A program made the position numbers and the translations under genes. A stretch of DNA of 64,000 bases from Alphaproteobacteria bacterium (lineage in GTDB: Bacteria > Pseudomonadota > Alphaproteobacteria > JAAXGF01), in contig CAUVXB020000002.1 in the NCBI GenBank assembly GCA_963555825.3, positions 1,056,001-1,120,000 of the forward strand, in the 5' to 3' direction. Positions 33,073-44,740 of this stretch are shown here, one piece after another (the first letter of the stretch is position 1; each line of letters begins with the position of its first letter). The notes beneath the pieces were generated by a model. The model worked only from the letters and a program-made list of their open reading frames with translations, had not been told where the DNA came from and did not search any database.

Positions 33073-33420
33073 CGGCGTGGTGCCTTCGGGCTGACTCTTA
33101 CGGCCCGACCATACCACGGCCCCGCGAATCACGCCAAGGGGCGCTGGCGGTGGGTCGTGTCGCGGGTTGAAATGTCATCGAACGAACGCCCGGAACGCCG
33201 CCTTATCGGAGGATCATGACCGCTCTGCGACCGACGGCAGACCTTGGCGTCCGGTCACCGGTGCAGCCGCCGATGACCCTGAGCGGGCTCGTGCAGTGCT
33301 TTGGGCTACCATCGTGCACAACGACTATAGGGCCTTCAGTTGTAGCCGCCGCGCTAACGCGATAGCCTGCCGATACCATCAACTCATCCTGGTGATCTCG
33401 CTTCGAGAGGAGGGGTAGCG

Positions 33421-36400
33421 ATGTTCGTCGCTCGCAGGGTTGCGCTCTTCCTGACCATCCTGTGGCTGTGGCCTTCAAGCCTGCACGCGCAGTCCGAGAG
33501 CTATAACCGAATCTTGTGTACGGCGTTGAAATGAAGGCGGCGTATCCTGGTGATTGTTGATGTCACCACTTGAGCTAAGCCAAGGAAGGATACGCCATGA
33601 AAGAGAATACCGTTGTTGCTTTTCAAAACCCATCTGATTTTCAGAAAGATCCGTTGACGGAAGTCCTACAAGCTGGAGCTCGCGAGTTGTTGGCCCAAGC
33701 CGTTGAGGCCGAGGTCTCCGTGTTTTTGGGTAGCCATGCGGCGCTTGTTGACGCCGCCGGCCGCCGCCGGGTTGTCCGCAATGGATATCTGCCGGAACGC
33801 TTCATCCAGACCGGGATCGGCCCGGTGAGCGTGCGCCAACCCCGTGTGCGGGACCGGGGGGACGGCGCCATCCGCTTCACGTCGGCGATCCTGCCGCGCT
33901 ATCTGCGCCGCGCCAAGAGCCTGGAAGACCTTTTGCCATGGCTGTATCTGAAGGGCATTTCCACCGGCGACTTCGGGGAAGCCTTGGCGGCGCTCCTGGG
34001 GAGCTCCGCGCCGGGGCTTTCGGCCTCCACGATCACCCGGCTGAAAGAGGTCTGGGGGGTTGAGGCGGAGCGCTGGCAACGGCGCGACCTCACGGCCAAG
34101 CGCTACGTCTATTTCTGGGTGGACGGCATCTATTTCAGCGCCCGCATGGAGGAAGAGAAGCAGTGCATCCTGGTGATCGTCGGGGCCACGGACAAGGGAC
34201 AGAAGGAACTGATCGCCATCGCCGACGGCTATCGCGAAAGTGAGCAGTCCTGGCTCGAAGTTCTGCTCGATCTCAAGCGGCGCGGCCTTGAAATGGGTCC
34301 GCAACTGGCGCTCGGCGACGGCGCGCTCGGCTTCTGGAAGGCGCTCCGCCAAGTCTACCCAGGCGCCCGCGAGCAACGCTGCTGGGTTCACAAGACGGGC
34401 AACGTCTTGAACAAGCTGCCCAAGGGTCTGCAAAAGAAAGCCAAGGGGCGCCTGCAAGACATCTGGATGGCCGAAACCAGGAAGGATGCCGAGAGCGCCT
34501 TCGACTTCTTCCTGGAAGCCTACGGGCCGAAGTACGACAAGGCCGCGGCCTGCCTGGCCAAGGACCGCGACGTCCTGCTGACGTTCTACGACTTCCCCGC
34601 CGAGCACTGGAAGCATGTACGCACGACCAACCCCATCGAGAGCACGTTCGCCACGGTTCGTCTGCGCACCTACCGGACCAAGGGCTGCCTGTCGCGCAAG
34701 ACGGCGATGGCCATGGTCTTCAAACTATGCCAGTGCGCTCAGAGAAAATGGAGAAAACTCGATGGATCGAACCATCTCGCCGAGATCATTCGCGGCGTCA
34801 AATTCGTAGATGGAGAACGCCAGGATCGCGCCGCCGCATGATCAGCCCATACACAACTTTTGACAATAGCTCGCAGTCCGAGGCGTTGAAGGATGCCTAC
34901 CGCCAAGGTCTGACCCACTACGAGGCCGGTCGATACGAGCAGGCTATTCCGCATTGGCGAAAGGCGCTTGAACTCGGCGAGCGTGAGTTCGGCTCCGACC
35001 ATCCCAAGGCGGCGAACCTGCTCAACAACCTCGCCAGACTTTATCGCGCTCAGGGCCGATACGAGGCGGCGGAGCCGCTCCAAAAGCGGGCGCTGACGAT
35101 CCAGGAGAAGGTTCTCGGGCCGGAACATTCCGATGTCGCCACGAGCCTCAACAATCTCGCTAGGCTCTACGAAAGCCAAGGCCGCTACGAGGCAGCGGAG
35201 CCGCTCTACGAGTGGGCGCTGGCGATCTGGGAGAAGGCACACGGGCCTGAACATCCCTATGTCGCCACGGGCCTCAACAATCTCGCCGGGCTCTACAAAA
35301 GCCAAGGCCGTTACGAGGCAGCGGAGCCGCTCTACGAGCGGGCGCTGGCGATCTGGGAGAAGGCACACGGGCCTGAACATCCCTATGTCGCCACGGGCCT
35401 CAACAATCTCGCCGGGCTCTACAAAAGCCAAGGCCGCTACGAGGCAGCGGAGCCGCTCTACAAGCGGGCGCTGGCAGTCCTTGAGAAGCTGGACCATCCC
35501 AATGTCGCCCAGAGCCTCAACAATCTCGCCGGGCTCTACAAAAGCCAAGGCCGCTACGAGGCGGCGGAGCCACTCTACAAGCGGTCGCTGGCGATCCGGG
35601 AGAAGGCCCTCGGGCCGGATCATCTCGATGTCGCCCAGAGCCTCAATAATCTCGCCGAACTATACCGCGCTCAGGGCCGCTACGAGGCGGCGGAGCCGCT
35701 CAACAAGCGGTCGCTGGCGATCTGGGAGAAGTTGCTCGGTCCTGATCATCCCGATGTAGCCACGAGCCTCAACAACCTCGCCGCCCTATACCAAAATCAA
35801 GGCCGCTACGAGGCGGCGGAGCCTCTCCACAAGCGGGCACTGGCGATCAATGAGAAGGCGTTCGGGCCGGAACATCCGAATGTCGCCAGGAGCCTCAACG
35901 ACCTCGCCGAGCTGTACCGCGCTCAGGGCCGCTACGGGGCGGCGGAGCCGCTCTACAAGCGGTCGCTGGCGATCCGGGAGAAGGCCCTCGGGCCGGATCA
36001 TCCCGATGTCGCCCAGAGCCTCAATAATCTCGCCGAACTGTACCGCGCCCAGGGCCGCTACGAGGCGGCGGAGCCGCTCAACAAGCGGTCGCTGGCGATC
36101 TGGGAGAAGTCGCTCGGTCCTGACCATCCCTCGGTAGCCACGAGCCTCAACAACCTCGCCGGCCTGTACCAGCATCAAAGCCGCTACGAGGCGGCGGAAC
36201 CGCTCTACAAGCGGGCACTGGCGATTAACGAGAAGGCGTTCGGGCCGGAACATCCCAATGTCGCCAGGAGCCTCAACGACCTCGCCGAGCTTTACCGCGC
36301 TCAGGGCCGCTACGGGGCGGCGGAGCCGCTCTACAAGCGGTCGCTGGCGACCTACAAGAAGTTGCTCGGTCCTGATCATCCGTCGGTAGCCAACAGCCTC

Positions 36401-37012
36401 AACAACCTCGCCGGCCTGTACCAGCATCAAGGCCGCCACTGGGCGGCGGAACCACTCTACAAGCAAGCACTGGCGATTAACGAGAAGGCGTTCGGGCCGG
36501 AACATCCCGATGTCGCCAGGAGCCTCAACGACCTCGCCGAACTGTACCGCGCTCTGGGCCGCTACGAGGCGGCGGAACCGCTCTACGAGCGGGCGCTGGC
36601 GATCTGGGAAAAGTTGCTCGGTCCTGATCATCCCTCGGTAGCCAACAGCCTCAACAACCTCGCCGGCCTGTACCAGCATCAAGGCCGCTACTGGGCGGCG
36701 GAACCGCTCTACAAGCGGGCACTGGCGATTAACGAGAAGGCGTTCGGGCCGGAACATCCCGAAGTCGCCAGGAGCCTCAACGACCTCGCCGAATTGTACC
36801 GCGCTCGGCGCCGCTACGAGGCGGCGGAACCGCTCTACAAGCGGGCGCTGGCGATCTGGGAGAAGACGCTCGGGCCCGACCATCCCAATGTCGCCACGGG
36901 CCTGGAGAACTACGCCGCCTTGTTACGGGAGACGGGTCGCCACGACGAGGCAGCGACATTGGTTGTCCGCGCCAAGGCGAGCCGAGCCAAGCATGGCGAG
37001 GAGAACCCATAG
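33421..37012 (+). pseudogene. Secreted TPR protein (about 15 42-aa repeats) interrupted by IS256
   Basis: RBS gaggagg and ATG 33421 give a signal peptide MFVARRVALFLTILWLWPSSLHAQS. The frame resumes after the 9-bp TSD gcagtccga. Confidence 0.88.
33498..34872 (+). mobile_element. IS256-family element, copy 2; transposase 33597-34841
   Basis: IR gagctataaccgaatcttgtgta / tacacaacttttgacaatagctc; TSD at 33489-33497 and 34873-34881. Confidence 0.96.
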
Positions 37013-37151
37013 CACCCTTTTCTGCGCCAGAATCACGTTGAACCGATTTTCGATCTTGGCCAAACGCTGATTTCAAGAGAGCGACGCGTGCGGGTCGGCT
37101 TGCCGCCTGGAAGCGGGCATCGGTTCATCCGCCGATGACACCAACCGGACG

Positions 37152-38003
37152 TCAGTCTCGGTTTCCCGAAGAGCCACGATCGTAGCTGTCGATGATCCCA
37201 CGTATGCAGGCATTGACCACATCCGGCTTGTGACCGAAGAGAGAGAAGTGACCGAGGCCCTCAAGCAGGTGAAAATGGCCGTGCCTGGCGGCCTCGGCCA
37301 CGACCCGGCCGCGCGATGGCGGCGTTTGCAGATCCTGGGAGAATGCAACGACGTGGATCGGGACCTCGCAGTGCGGCAAGCGATCCAGAGCATCGTATTC
37401 GACGCAGGCTTGCCATTGTGCGGCCAGCATCTTTGAATCCCTCGCCTCGTAGGCGCCGGATACATAGGGCTTGCATCGCCGCCACAAGGCATCGTCACCA
37501 AGCACTTCGGATGGATATGTAAGCGCCGCATAATGCGCGACGGCGAAATCCGCGGGCAGGCTATGGCCGGCCGCGGCGAAGGCGATCTCGGCCTCCTCCC
37601 ATTCGCGGAAGAAGCCGGTCTTGCGTCCGCCGGTCCCCATGGCGATGGCGATCCGCACCAACTCGGGGTAAGTCAGGGCGACCTCCTGGACGATCAACGA
37701 GCCCATCGAGAGGCCTGTCAGGATGACTGGCGGATCACAGACCTGGCGGATGAGAGCGGCACAGTCCGCGGCATGGTCCGAGATCGGCCACGGCGGCGAG
37801 GTCTTCGATACCGTTCGCCCGACGCCCCGGGGATCGAAGCTCGTGCTCCGAAACCCGGGGCTGAAGGCGGCGAACTGGGTCGAATAGACGTCGCCTGTCT
37901 GATCGCCGCCAGGAACCCAGACGATGTCCGGCCCCTCACCCTCTTGCAGGTAGGATAACTCGCAAGTGGGCAGCTCGATGAGGGCTGCGTGCCGGTGCTC
38001 CAT
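37152..38003 (-). CDS. Alpha/beta hydrolase
   Basis: FDPRGVG, nucleophile motif GLSMG, C-terminal GH. Confidence 0.85.
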   Translation of the reverse strand: MEHRHAALIELPTCELSYLQEGEGPDIVWVPGGDQTGDVYSTQFAAFSPGFRSTSFDPRGVGRTVSKTSPPWPISDHAADCAALIRQVCDPPVILTGLSMGSLIVQEVALTYPELVRIAIAMGTGGRKTGFFREWEEAEIAFAAAGHSLPADFAVAHYAALTYPSEVLGDDALWRRCKPYVSGAYEARDSKMLAAQWQACVEYDALDRLPHCEVPIHVVAFSQDLQTPPSRGRVVAEAARHGHFHLLEGLGHFSLFGHKPDVVNACIRGIIDSYDRGSSGNRD

Positions 38004-38253
38004 TGACGGTCCTCCCTATTTGCCGAGATTAACCAAGCCCAGAGGAAGAATCCATGCGCGGAGAAATCACTAGGATGTCGCCACTTGGCTGCCTCGGCTA
38101 TGAGGAGACCCCCAGCGGATCGGGCCGCGGCGCCCGCTTTTCGCTCGTAAGCGGAAGTTACCGCACTGAATTTCCAAGTCTGAGTCTTGGTGGTCCGCTA
38201 TCCGCTCCGAACCGGGCGCCGGAGACGGGCTCTCTCGAGGTCTGCAGCTGACC

Positions 38254-41115
38254 CAGACTGTGTAAAAACGTCGATGGTGTTATGATTCTCTCGTGCTTTG
38301 GCGGGAGGGTCTGATGAAGCGTTTTGTCGAGGGTGTCGATCGCAGCCAGGGCACGTTGTTTCCGGAGCGCCTGGAAGACTGGATCGGCGACGACAACCCG
38401 GTTCGGGCGATCGACGTCTTCGTCGATGAGCTCGATCTTGGCGGCCTCGGGTTCGACCGGGTCGAGCCGCTGGCGACCGGCAGGCCGGCCTATCATCCTT
38501 GCGATTTGTTGAAGCTCTACATCTACGGCTATCTCAACCGGGTTCAGTCGAGCCGTCGGCTCGAGAGGGAGGCCGGGCGCAATGTGGAAGTGATGTGGCT
38601 GGTCGGCCGGCTGGCGCCGGATCACAAGACGATCGCCGACTTCCGCAAGGACAACGGCCGTGCGATCCGCAAGGTCTGCGCCCGGTTCGTCGCGCTGTGC
38701 CGGCAACTCGGGCTGTTCGCCGAGGCGAGCGTGGCGATCGATGGCTCGAAGTTCAAGGCGGTCAACAGCCGGGACAGGAACTTCACGCGGGCCAAGATGG
38801 CGCGGCGGGTGGCGCAGATCGAGGAGAGCGTTGCGCGCTATCTGGACCAGTTGGACAGCGCCGACCGGCAAGAGCCGTCGCTGGCGCGCACGACCAAGAC
38901 GACTCGTCTGGCCGACAAGATCGCGATCCTCAAGGAGGAGATGCGGCGCCTGAAGGCGCTTGAAGTCGAGCGGCGTGCGAGCCCGGACCAGCAGATCTCT
39001 CTGAGCGATCCCGATGCCCGCTCGATGGCGACGAGCGGCCGGGGTTCCGGCGTGGTCGGCTACAACGTTCAGGCCGCCGTCGACACCAAGCACCACCTGA
39101 TCGTCGCCCACGAGGTGACCAATCAGGGCACCGACCGCGCCCAGCTCTCAGCCATGGCGAAGCGGACCAAGGCGGCTCTGGAGACCGACGAGTTGGATGT
39201 CGTTGCCGATCGCGGCTACTACAACGGCAAGGAGATTCTGGCCTGCGATGAGGCCGGCATCACCGTCACATTGCCTAAGCCGCTGACCTCTGGAGCCAAG
39301 GCCAAGGGCCGCTTCGGCAAACAGGACTTCGTCTATCTGGCCGCCGACGATGTCTATCGCTGCCCGGCCGGCGAGCGTTTGGTCTACCGCTTCACCAGCC
39401 AGGAGAGGGGGCTGAGCATGCGGCGCTACTGGACCAACGCCTGTCAGGGATGCGCCATCAAGCATCGCTGCACCACGGCCAAGCAGCGCCGCATCACCCG
39501 CTGGCAGCACGAGCATGTTCTCGAGGCCGTCGAGAGGCGGCTCGACGAGCACCCGGAGGCGATGCGTCGGCGGCGCGAGACGGCCGAGCATCCCTTCGGC
39601 ACCATCAAGTCCTGGATGGGCGCGACGCATTTCCAGACGAAGACGCTGAAACGGGTGAGGACCGAGATGGCCCTGCACGTGCTGGCCTACAATCTCAAGC
39701 GCGTCATGAACATCACGGGCATCGACCCGCTGATCGCGGCGATGAGGACCGCATAGGCCTCTCTGCGCCGCAAATTGCGCCCATATCCGGCCAAATCGCA
39801 GCTCACACCGGCGCCAGCCGGCCGACAGGTCCGCACGAGTGGCGAAAATCCTTAATCCCGGAATACCCGCCGCGACGGATCATCGAAGCCAAAGACGCGC
39901 CGTACAGATCACGCAGCAAACGTTCTTATACCAGTGAGCCTATGAAATCACCTTCATGATCCATGGATAGGCGCAGAGGGTTCGCATACGATCCGGTTCT
40001 GCGATGAGGTCGATCCATGCTTGGCAACAGGCGTCGATGATGGCCTCGGTGTCGTCGAGGACGCGGAGCGATAGGAAGCGTTCGCGTAGGTAGAGCCAAA
40101 CCCGCTCGACGGGGTTGAGTTCGGGACTGTAAGGCGGCAACAGCGCCAAGGTGACGTTGTCGGGGACGGTGAGGGCGCGCTCGTCGTGCCAACCGGCGCC
40201 GTCGCACATCATGACGGCGTGCGCATCCTGGTCCAGGGTATCGGCGAAGTGTGCGAGAAACAGGTCCATGACCTTGGCGTTGACGCTCGGCATCACCAGG
40301 GTGACGTCGTCGCCGGTGTCCGGGCGCACGGCGGAGAAGATGTAGGCCCACTGGTAGCCGATTTGACGCGTCCCGGGGGCACGCTCGCCCCTGCGCCACC
40401 ACCGGTGACACACCCGGCCCTTGTTGCCGACGCGCGCTTCATCCTGAAACCACAGCTGTAGGCGCTTGTCGGGATGCGCCGCGGCGGTCGCCTTCAGGAT
40501 GTCGCGAAGCCCCCTTTTTTGAAGCGCTCCTGCGCTTCGGCGTCCCTTCGCGGGTGGCTCGGGCGCGCCTTCTGGCGGGAAAATCCCATCCGCCGTAGAA
40601 CCCGGGTCATGCTCGAGGGGTGGTAGGTCTTGGCGAAGCGCTCCTCCAGCCAGCGGCACAGATCGGCCCGGGTCCAGGCGCAAACCCCGTCGCGCTCAGG
40701 CTCCGGCCCGGCGATGATGACCGCCGCCAGCGCCGCTTCCTCGTCTGCCGTCAGCCGCCGCGGCGAGTAGCCCTTTGGACGGTCGTGAAGCCCCTCCAAT
40801 CCCTTTGCATTGTAACGAACAACCGCGTCGCGAAGCGTTTGGCGATCCATCCCCGCAAGCCGCGCGGCATCAGCCCGGGGCATCTCCTCCAAAGCATTCG
40901 CGATCCCATAGGCCCGCGCCGCCGCTCGACCGTACGATTCCACGCGAGCCCAGCGCCGAAGCTCCAAAGGCGTCAAATCATCCCGTATCTTGAGTGCTGA
41001 TCCCATGACATCCCCCACATCTGGTGGGAGACCATAGAATCACAATCCGCCATCATCCGCCATCAATGAATATCCCGAGAGTCAATTCAGGCGCTCACTG
41101 GTATTACACAGTCTG
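38254..41115 (+). mobile_element. IS1182-family element; transposase 38314-39756; right IR split by IS630
   Basis: IR cagactgtgtaaaaacgt / acgttc(tta)cacagtctg; GACC flanks; SSRRLE, IDGSKF, ADRGY, EHPFG. Confidence 0.92.
39929..41103 (-). mobile_element. IS630-family element type A, copy 2
   Basis: Same length and ORFs as 12138-13312; TTA duplicated. Confidence 0.93.
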
Positions 41116-41142
41116 GACCCCGAGCCGACATTTGGACGTACA

Positions 41143-41730
41143 TCACCGATCGCGTTGCATTGCCAAGAGGTGCAATAGTAAATGAGCGTAACCCTTCGCA
41201 TCATCAATCGCTCGATGACTATGAGGCACATCGCCAAACCATTCCGTTGGGTACTCCGCGCGTCTGACATCCTCTGGGCCCATGTTGAGAACCGCCATCG
41301 CAAATGACGGCAGGTCCAAACCGGTATCTGAAAATAGACGCTTGCCGCTCATAGGGCCTCGAAAAAGCGGCATATCGAGAAACCGGCGCAAATACCAATC
41401 TATCCACATCCCGTCGAAGGTAATGGGATATGCCACAAACACCCGTTCGCCTGGATAGCCCTCGATCCAATCGACCCAACCCGCCATAGTCTCTTGGGCC
41501 AGTGACGGATTTTTTGTCACATAACTGAAGGCGTCGGGTTGCGTGCGCCACCAATCCATGACTTCAGGGTGCTCGGTCAGCTCAGCAAGCGGCGCAACAT
41601 TTTTTTCGAACTCACCGATGATCCCGTCACCCCGACGACAGGCAACAGAAGCAAATCCGAGCATAGAATGGACGCCGGGATGCGGCCCATTAGTTTCGAT
41701 ATCTGTAACGAAATATGTCGGCTCAGTCAT
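41143..41730 (-). CDS. DEDDh 3'-5' exonuclease-like protein
   Basis: TDIETNG, FDGMW, HRAIDDA; lower GC. Confidence 0.7.
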   Translation of the reverse strand: MTEPTYFVTDIETNGPHPGVHSMLGFASVACRRGDGIIGEFEKNVAPLAELTEHPEVMDWWRTQPDAFSYVTKNPSLAQETMAGWVDWIEGYPGERVFVAYPITFDGMWIDWYLRRFLDMPLFRGPMSGKRLFSDTGLDLPSFAMAVLNMGPEDVRRAEYPTEWFGDVPHSHRAIDDAKGYAHLLLHLLAMQRDR

Positions 41731-42193
41731 ATAGAGGGTCGGTGTTTTGGTGATTGAGGTGCTGCTCTACTAATTGGGCAAGGTCTTCAGGATAGACCGT
41801 TTCCGAGGTTCTTCGGATTTCAGTAAGTGGCCACCAGCGGTACGCCTTCATGACGTTGGCTTCCAGCGGTTCCTGCCCATCTTGATCGATGGCGTCGTCG
41901 GCAACGCGAACCAAAAAGTAGCGTTCGTCGGCGGTGACGTGGTCTCCGTCGGGGGTGACGAAATCGACATCCCTTTGAGCGATTTCTTCACCGATGTCCG
42001 CAACGATGCCGGTTTCTTCGAAGAGTTCGCGCCGCGCCGCGTCCCGGTAACTCTCGCCATGCCTGCGCGCGCCGCCCGGCGTCGCCCAAAACGCCTGCTC
42101 GGCCAGTGCGCCTTCATCGAACACAAATTGAAACAGCAAGATGCTGTCTTGCGGATTCAGGACAACGAGACGGGATGAAGGACGCTCGCGCAT
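41723..42193 (-). CDS. NUDIX hydrolase
   Basis: PGG...GES...AARRELFEETG. Confidence 0.88.
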   Translation of the reverse strand: MRERPSSRLVVLNPQDSILLFQFVFDEGALAEQAFWATPGGARRHGESYRDAARRELFEETGIVADIGEEIAQRDVDFVTPDGDHVTADERYFLVRVADDAIDQDGQEPLEANVMKAYRWWPLTEIRRTSETVYPEDLAQLVEQHLNHQNTDPLYD

Positions 42194-42288
42194 GACGAAG
42201 ATCTACCATGGATTTCGCATCGAAATTGAGGAATCCGAACGCCGCCCCGGGCCTTGTGCATGTCTTGGCGACGGTCCCGAAACGGGGC

Positions 42289-42471
42289 GCTAGCGCATAA
42301 TCCGATCGATCGGACTCGGTTGGATTATGCCAGCCCGCGCCAGTCTTGATTCCGACAAGAGGAGGGCCGTCGACCGTTCGACCAGTCCTTGTGGAATAAA
42401 GATTGGCATGCGCGGCGACTGAGTGCCGGTCACCTTCACGCAGTGAAGGTGACCGCACCAAAAGGCGCTAG
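42289..42471 (-). repeat. Structured intergenic repeat, copy C
   Basis: Reverse-strand copy bounded by ctagcgc / gcgctag. Confidence 0.8.
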
Positions 42472-43295
42472 CGGTCGCGCGGCTGGGTGACGTAGGCGCC
42501 GAGACGGTCGATCAGCGCGTCGTAGACGCCTTGCGCCGCGGCGACCACCGAGAGCCGGCGCGGCGACGCCGCGTTGTAGGCGAACGGGACGCCCGCCGAA
42601 TCACTCATCCGGCCACCCGCTTCACGCACCAGAAGGTCGCCGGCGACGATGTCCCACTCGCTCTTGGGCCACATCGTCGCGGTCGCGTCGAAGCGGCCGG
42701 CGGCGACCAGCGCCAGCTTGTAGGCCATCGAGCTGATCGGCGTCATGGCGCATTCGCCGAGCTCCTGCGGCCAGTCGGCGCGGCGCAGCTCGCTGCGGCT
42801 CATCAGCAGGCGCGCGCCGTCGAGGCCGTCGGCGTCGCTCGCCGTCACCCGCTCGCCGTTGAGCCGCGTGCCGCCGCCCGAAACGGCGTCGAACATCTCG
42901 TCGGTCGCCGGGTTGTAGACGGCCGCCGACACCGGCTGGCCGTCGACCGTCAGCGCCACCGCGATGGAGAATTCCTTGCGCCCGTCGAGGAAGGCGCGCG
43001 TGCCGTCGATCGGGTCGACGATCCAGACGCATTCGGCATCGAGCCGGGCGTCGGTGTCTTCGGTTTCCTCCGACAGCCAACCGTAGTCGGGCCGCGCGTC
43101 GCCGAGCCGCGCGAGCAGCAACCGGTTGACCGCGATGTCGGCCTCGGACACCGGGTCGCCCGGGCGCTTCTCCCAGTTCTCGGCGTCGTTTCGGAAGTAG
43201 TGCATGGCGAGCGGCCCGCATTCGCGCACCGCGTCGACCAGAATGCCGTGATCGTCGGCCAGCGTGCCGGCCAGCGCGGGCTCAGGCCCGCTCAC
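42468..43295 (-). CDS. cysQ: CysQ/inositol monophosphatase family protein
   Basis: WIVDPIDGT, EWDIVAG. Confidence 0.8.
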   Translation of the reverse strand: MSGPEPALAGTLADDHGILVDAVRECGPLAMHYFRNDAENWEKRPGDPVSEADIAVNRLLLARLGDARPDYGWLSEETEDTDARLDAECVWIVDPIDGTRAFLDGRKEFSIAVALTVDGQPVSAAVYNPATDEMFDAVSGGGTRLNGERVTASDADGLDGARLLMSRSELRRADWPQELGECAMTPISSMAYKLALVAAGRFDATATMWPKSEWDIVAGDLLVREAGGRMSDSAGVPFAYNAASPRRLSVVAAAQGVYDALIDRLGAYVTQPRDR

Positions 43296-44647
43296 GTACC
43301 GGCCACGGTCATGCCGTCGATGCGAACCGTCGGCGCGTTTACGCCGTAGCGGAAGACCAGATCGTCGGCCGGCGTCAGATGGCGGAACATCTCGGCCAGA
43401 TTACCCGCCACGGTGACTTCGCTGACCGGATGCGTCCGCTGGCCGTTCTCGATCCAGAAGCCCGCGGCGCCCCGGCTATAATCGCCGGTCACCGCGTTGA
43501 CGCCGAAGCCGATCAGCTCGGTGACGTAGAAACCCTGGTCGATATCGGCGATCAAACCGTCGGGCGACAGCGTGCCGGGCGCCAGATATAGATTGGTCGA
43601 TTGCGGCGACGGCGGCGACGATGTGCCGCGCGCGGCGTGGCCCGTCGTGGCGAGGCCGAGCTGTCGCCCCGAGCGCGAATCGAGCAGCCAGCTGGTCAAC
43701 ACGCCGCCGTCGATGACATCGCGCGCCGCGGTCGCGACGCCCTCGCCGTCGAACGGCTTGGAGCGCAGGCCGCGCGGCCGGCGCGCATCGTCGGTGATGG
43801 TGACGCCGTCGGCGAACACCGCCTCGCCCATGCGGTCCTTGAGGAAACTCGTGCCGCGCGCGATCGCCGGGCCGCCGATCGCCGAGGCGAGGTGGCCCAA
43901 CAGGCCGCGCGAGACACGTGGATCGTAGACAACCGGCACCGTGCCCGACGGCGCCTTGCGCGGGCCGAGCCGGGCGACCGCGCGCTCGCCGGCGCTGCGA
44001 CCGATCGCGGCCGCATCGGCGAGGTCGGCGGCGAAACGCGCGCTCGCGTGATCGTGGTCGCGCTCCATCGCGGTGCCTTCGCCGACGATGACGCTCGCGC
44101 CGATGCTGAACTGCGTGACGCCGTAGCCGCCTCCGAAGCCGTCCGAGGTCACCAGCGCGACGCGCGCGCGGCTCCAGCTCGCCTCGGCGCCCTCCGAATT
44201 GGTCACGCCGGCGACGGCGCGGGCGGCGTCCTCGGCCGCCGCGGCCTGTGCGACCAGCGCCTCGGGCGTCGGCTCGGCGTCGTCGGCGAGGTCGAGGTCG
44301 GGGACGTCGGCGGCGAGCAGTGCCCGGTCGGCGAGGCCGCAAAAAGGATCCTCGGGCACCGCGCCGGCCATCGCCATGGCGCGCTCGATCAGACCGGCGA
44401 GCGCATCGGCCGAGACGTCGGTCGACGACACCACGGCCTGGCGGCGGCCACGGAAGACGCGCAGGCCGAGATCCTGGGATTCGGCGCGCTCGATGCCCTC
44501 CGACACGCCGAGGCGCTGGGCGACGCTGAGGCTGGCGCTTTCGAACATCACCGCGTCGGCGGCATCGGCGCCAGCTCGGACGGCGCGGCGCACGAGATCG
44601 TCGAGCCGCTCGCGCGGCTCGATCGACGGGGAGATGTCTTGCGGCAT
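43292..44647 (-). CDS. pmbA: TldE/PmbA metalloprotease modulator
   Basis: FDGEG, TGDYSRG, TVAGNL. Confidence 0.88.
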   Translation of the reverse strand: MPQDISPSIEPRERLDDLVRRAVRAGADAADAVMFESASLSVAQRLGVSEGIERAESQDLGLRVFRGRRQAVVSSTDVSADALAGLIERAMAMAGAVPEDPFCGLADRALLAADVPDLDLADDAEPTPEALVAQAAAAEDAARAVAGVTNSEGAEASWSRARVALVTSDGFGGGYGVTQFSIGASVIVGEGTAMERDHDHASARFAADLADAAAIGRSAGERAVARLGPRKAPSGTVPVVYDPRVSRGLLGHLASAIGGPAIARGTSFLKDRMGEAVFADGVTITDDARRPRGLRSKPFDGEGVATAARDVIDGGVLTSWLLDSRSGRQLGLATTGHAARGTSSPPSPQSTNLYLAPGTLSPDGLIADIDQGFYVTELIGFGVNAVTGDYSRGAAGFWIENGQRTHPVSEVTVAGNLAEMFRHLTPADDLVFRYGVNAPTVRIDGMTVAGT

Positions 44648-44740
44648 GGACCGGGAACCTCGGTGCAAAATCGGTGGCGGCAACCTTCGCCGCCCAAGGC
44701 TATATAGGCCGCGACGCCATGGGACGCCAGCTTCGGGTGA

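Noticed and set aside
25864-34872. Inversion or composite transposon of the lipid A operon between inverted IS256 copies
   Set aside because: Copy 2 keeps its matching 9-bp TSD and copy 1 has the same microsatellite on both sides, so these are independent insertions.
34727-34872. N-terminal extension of the TPR ORF
   Set aside because: It is an alternative frame of the IS256 end; the true start is at 33421.
34990-36900. CRISPR-like periodic repeats
   Set aside because: The 126-bp units are in-frame TPR coding repeats with no unique spacers, and no cas genes are present.
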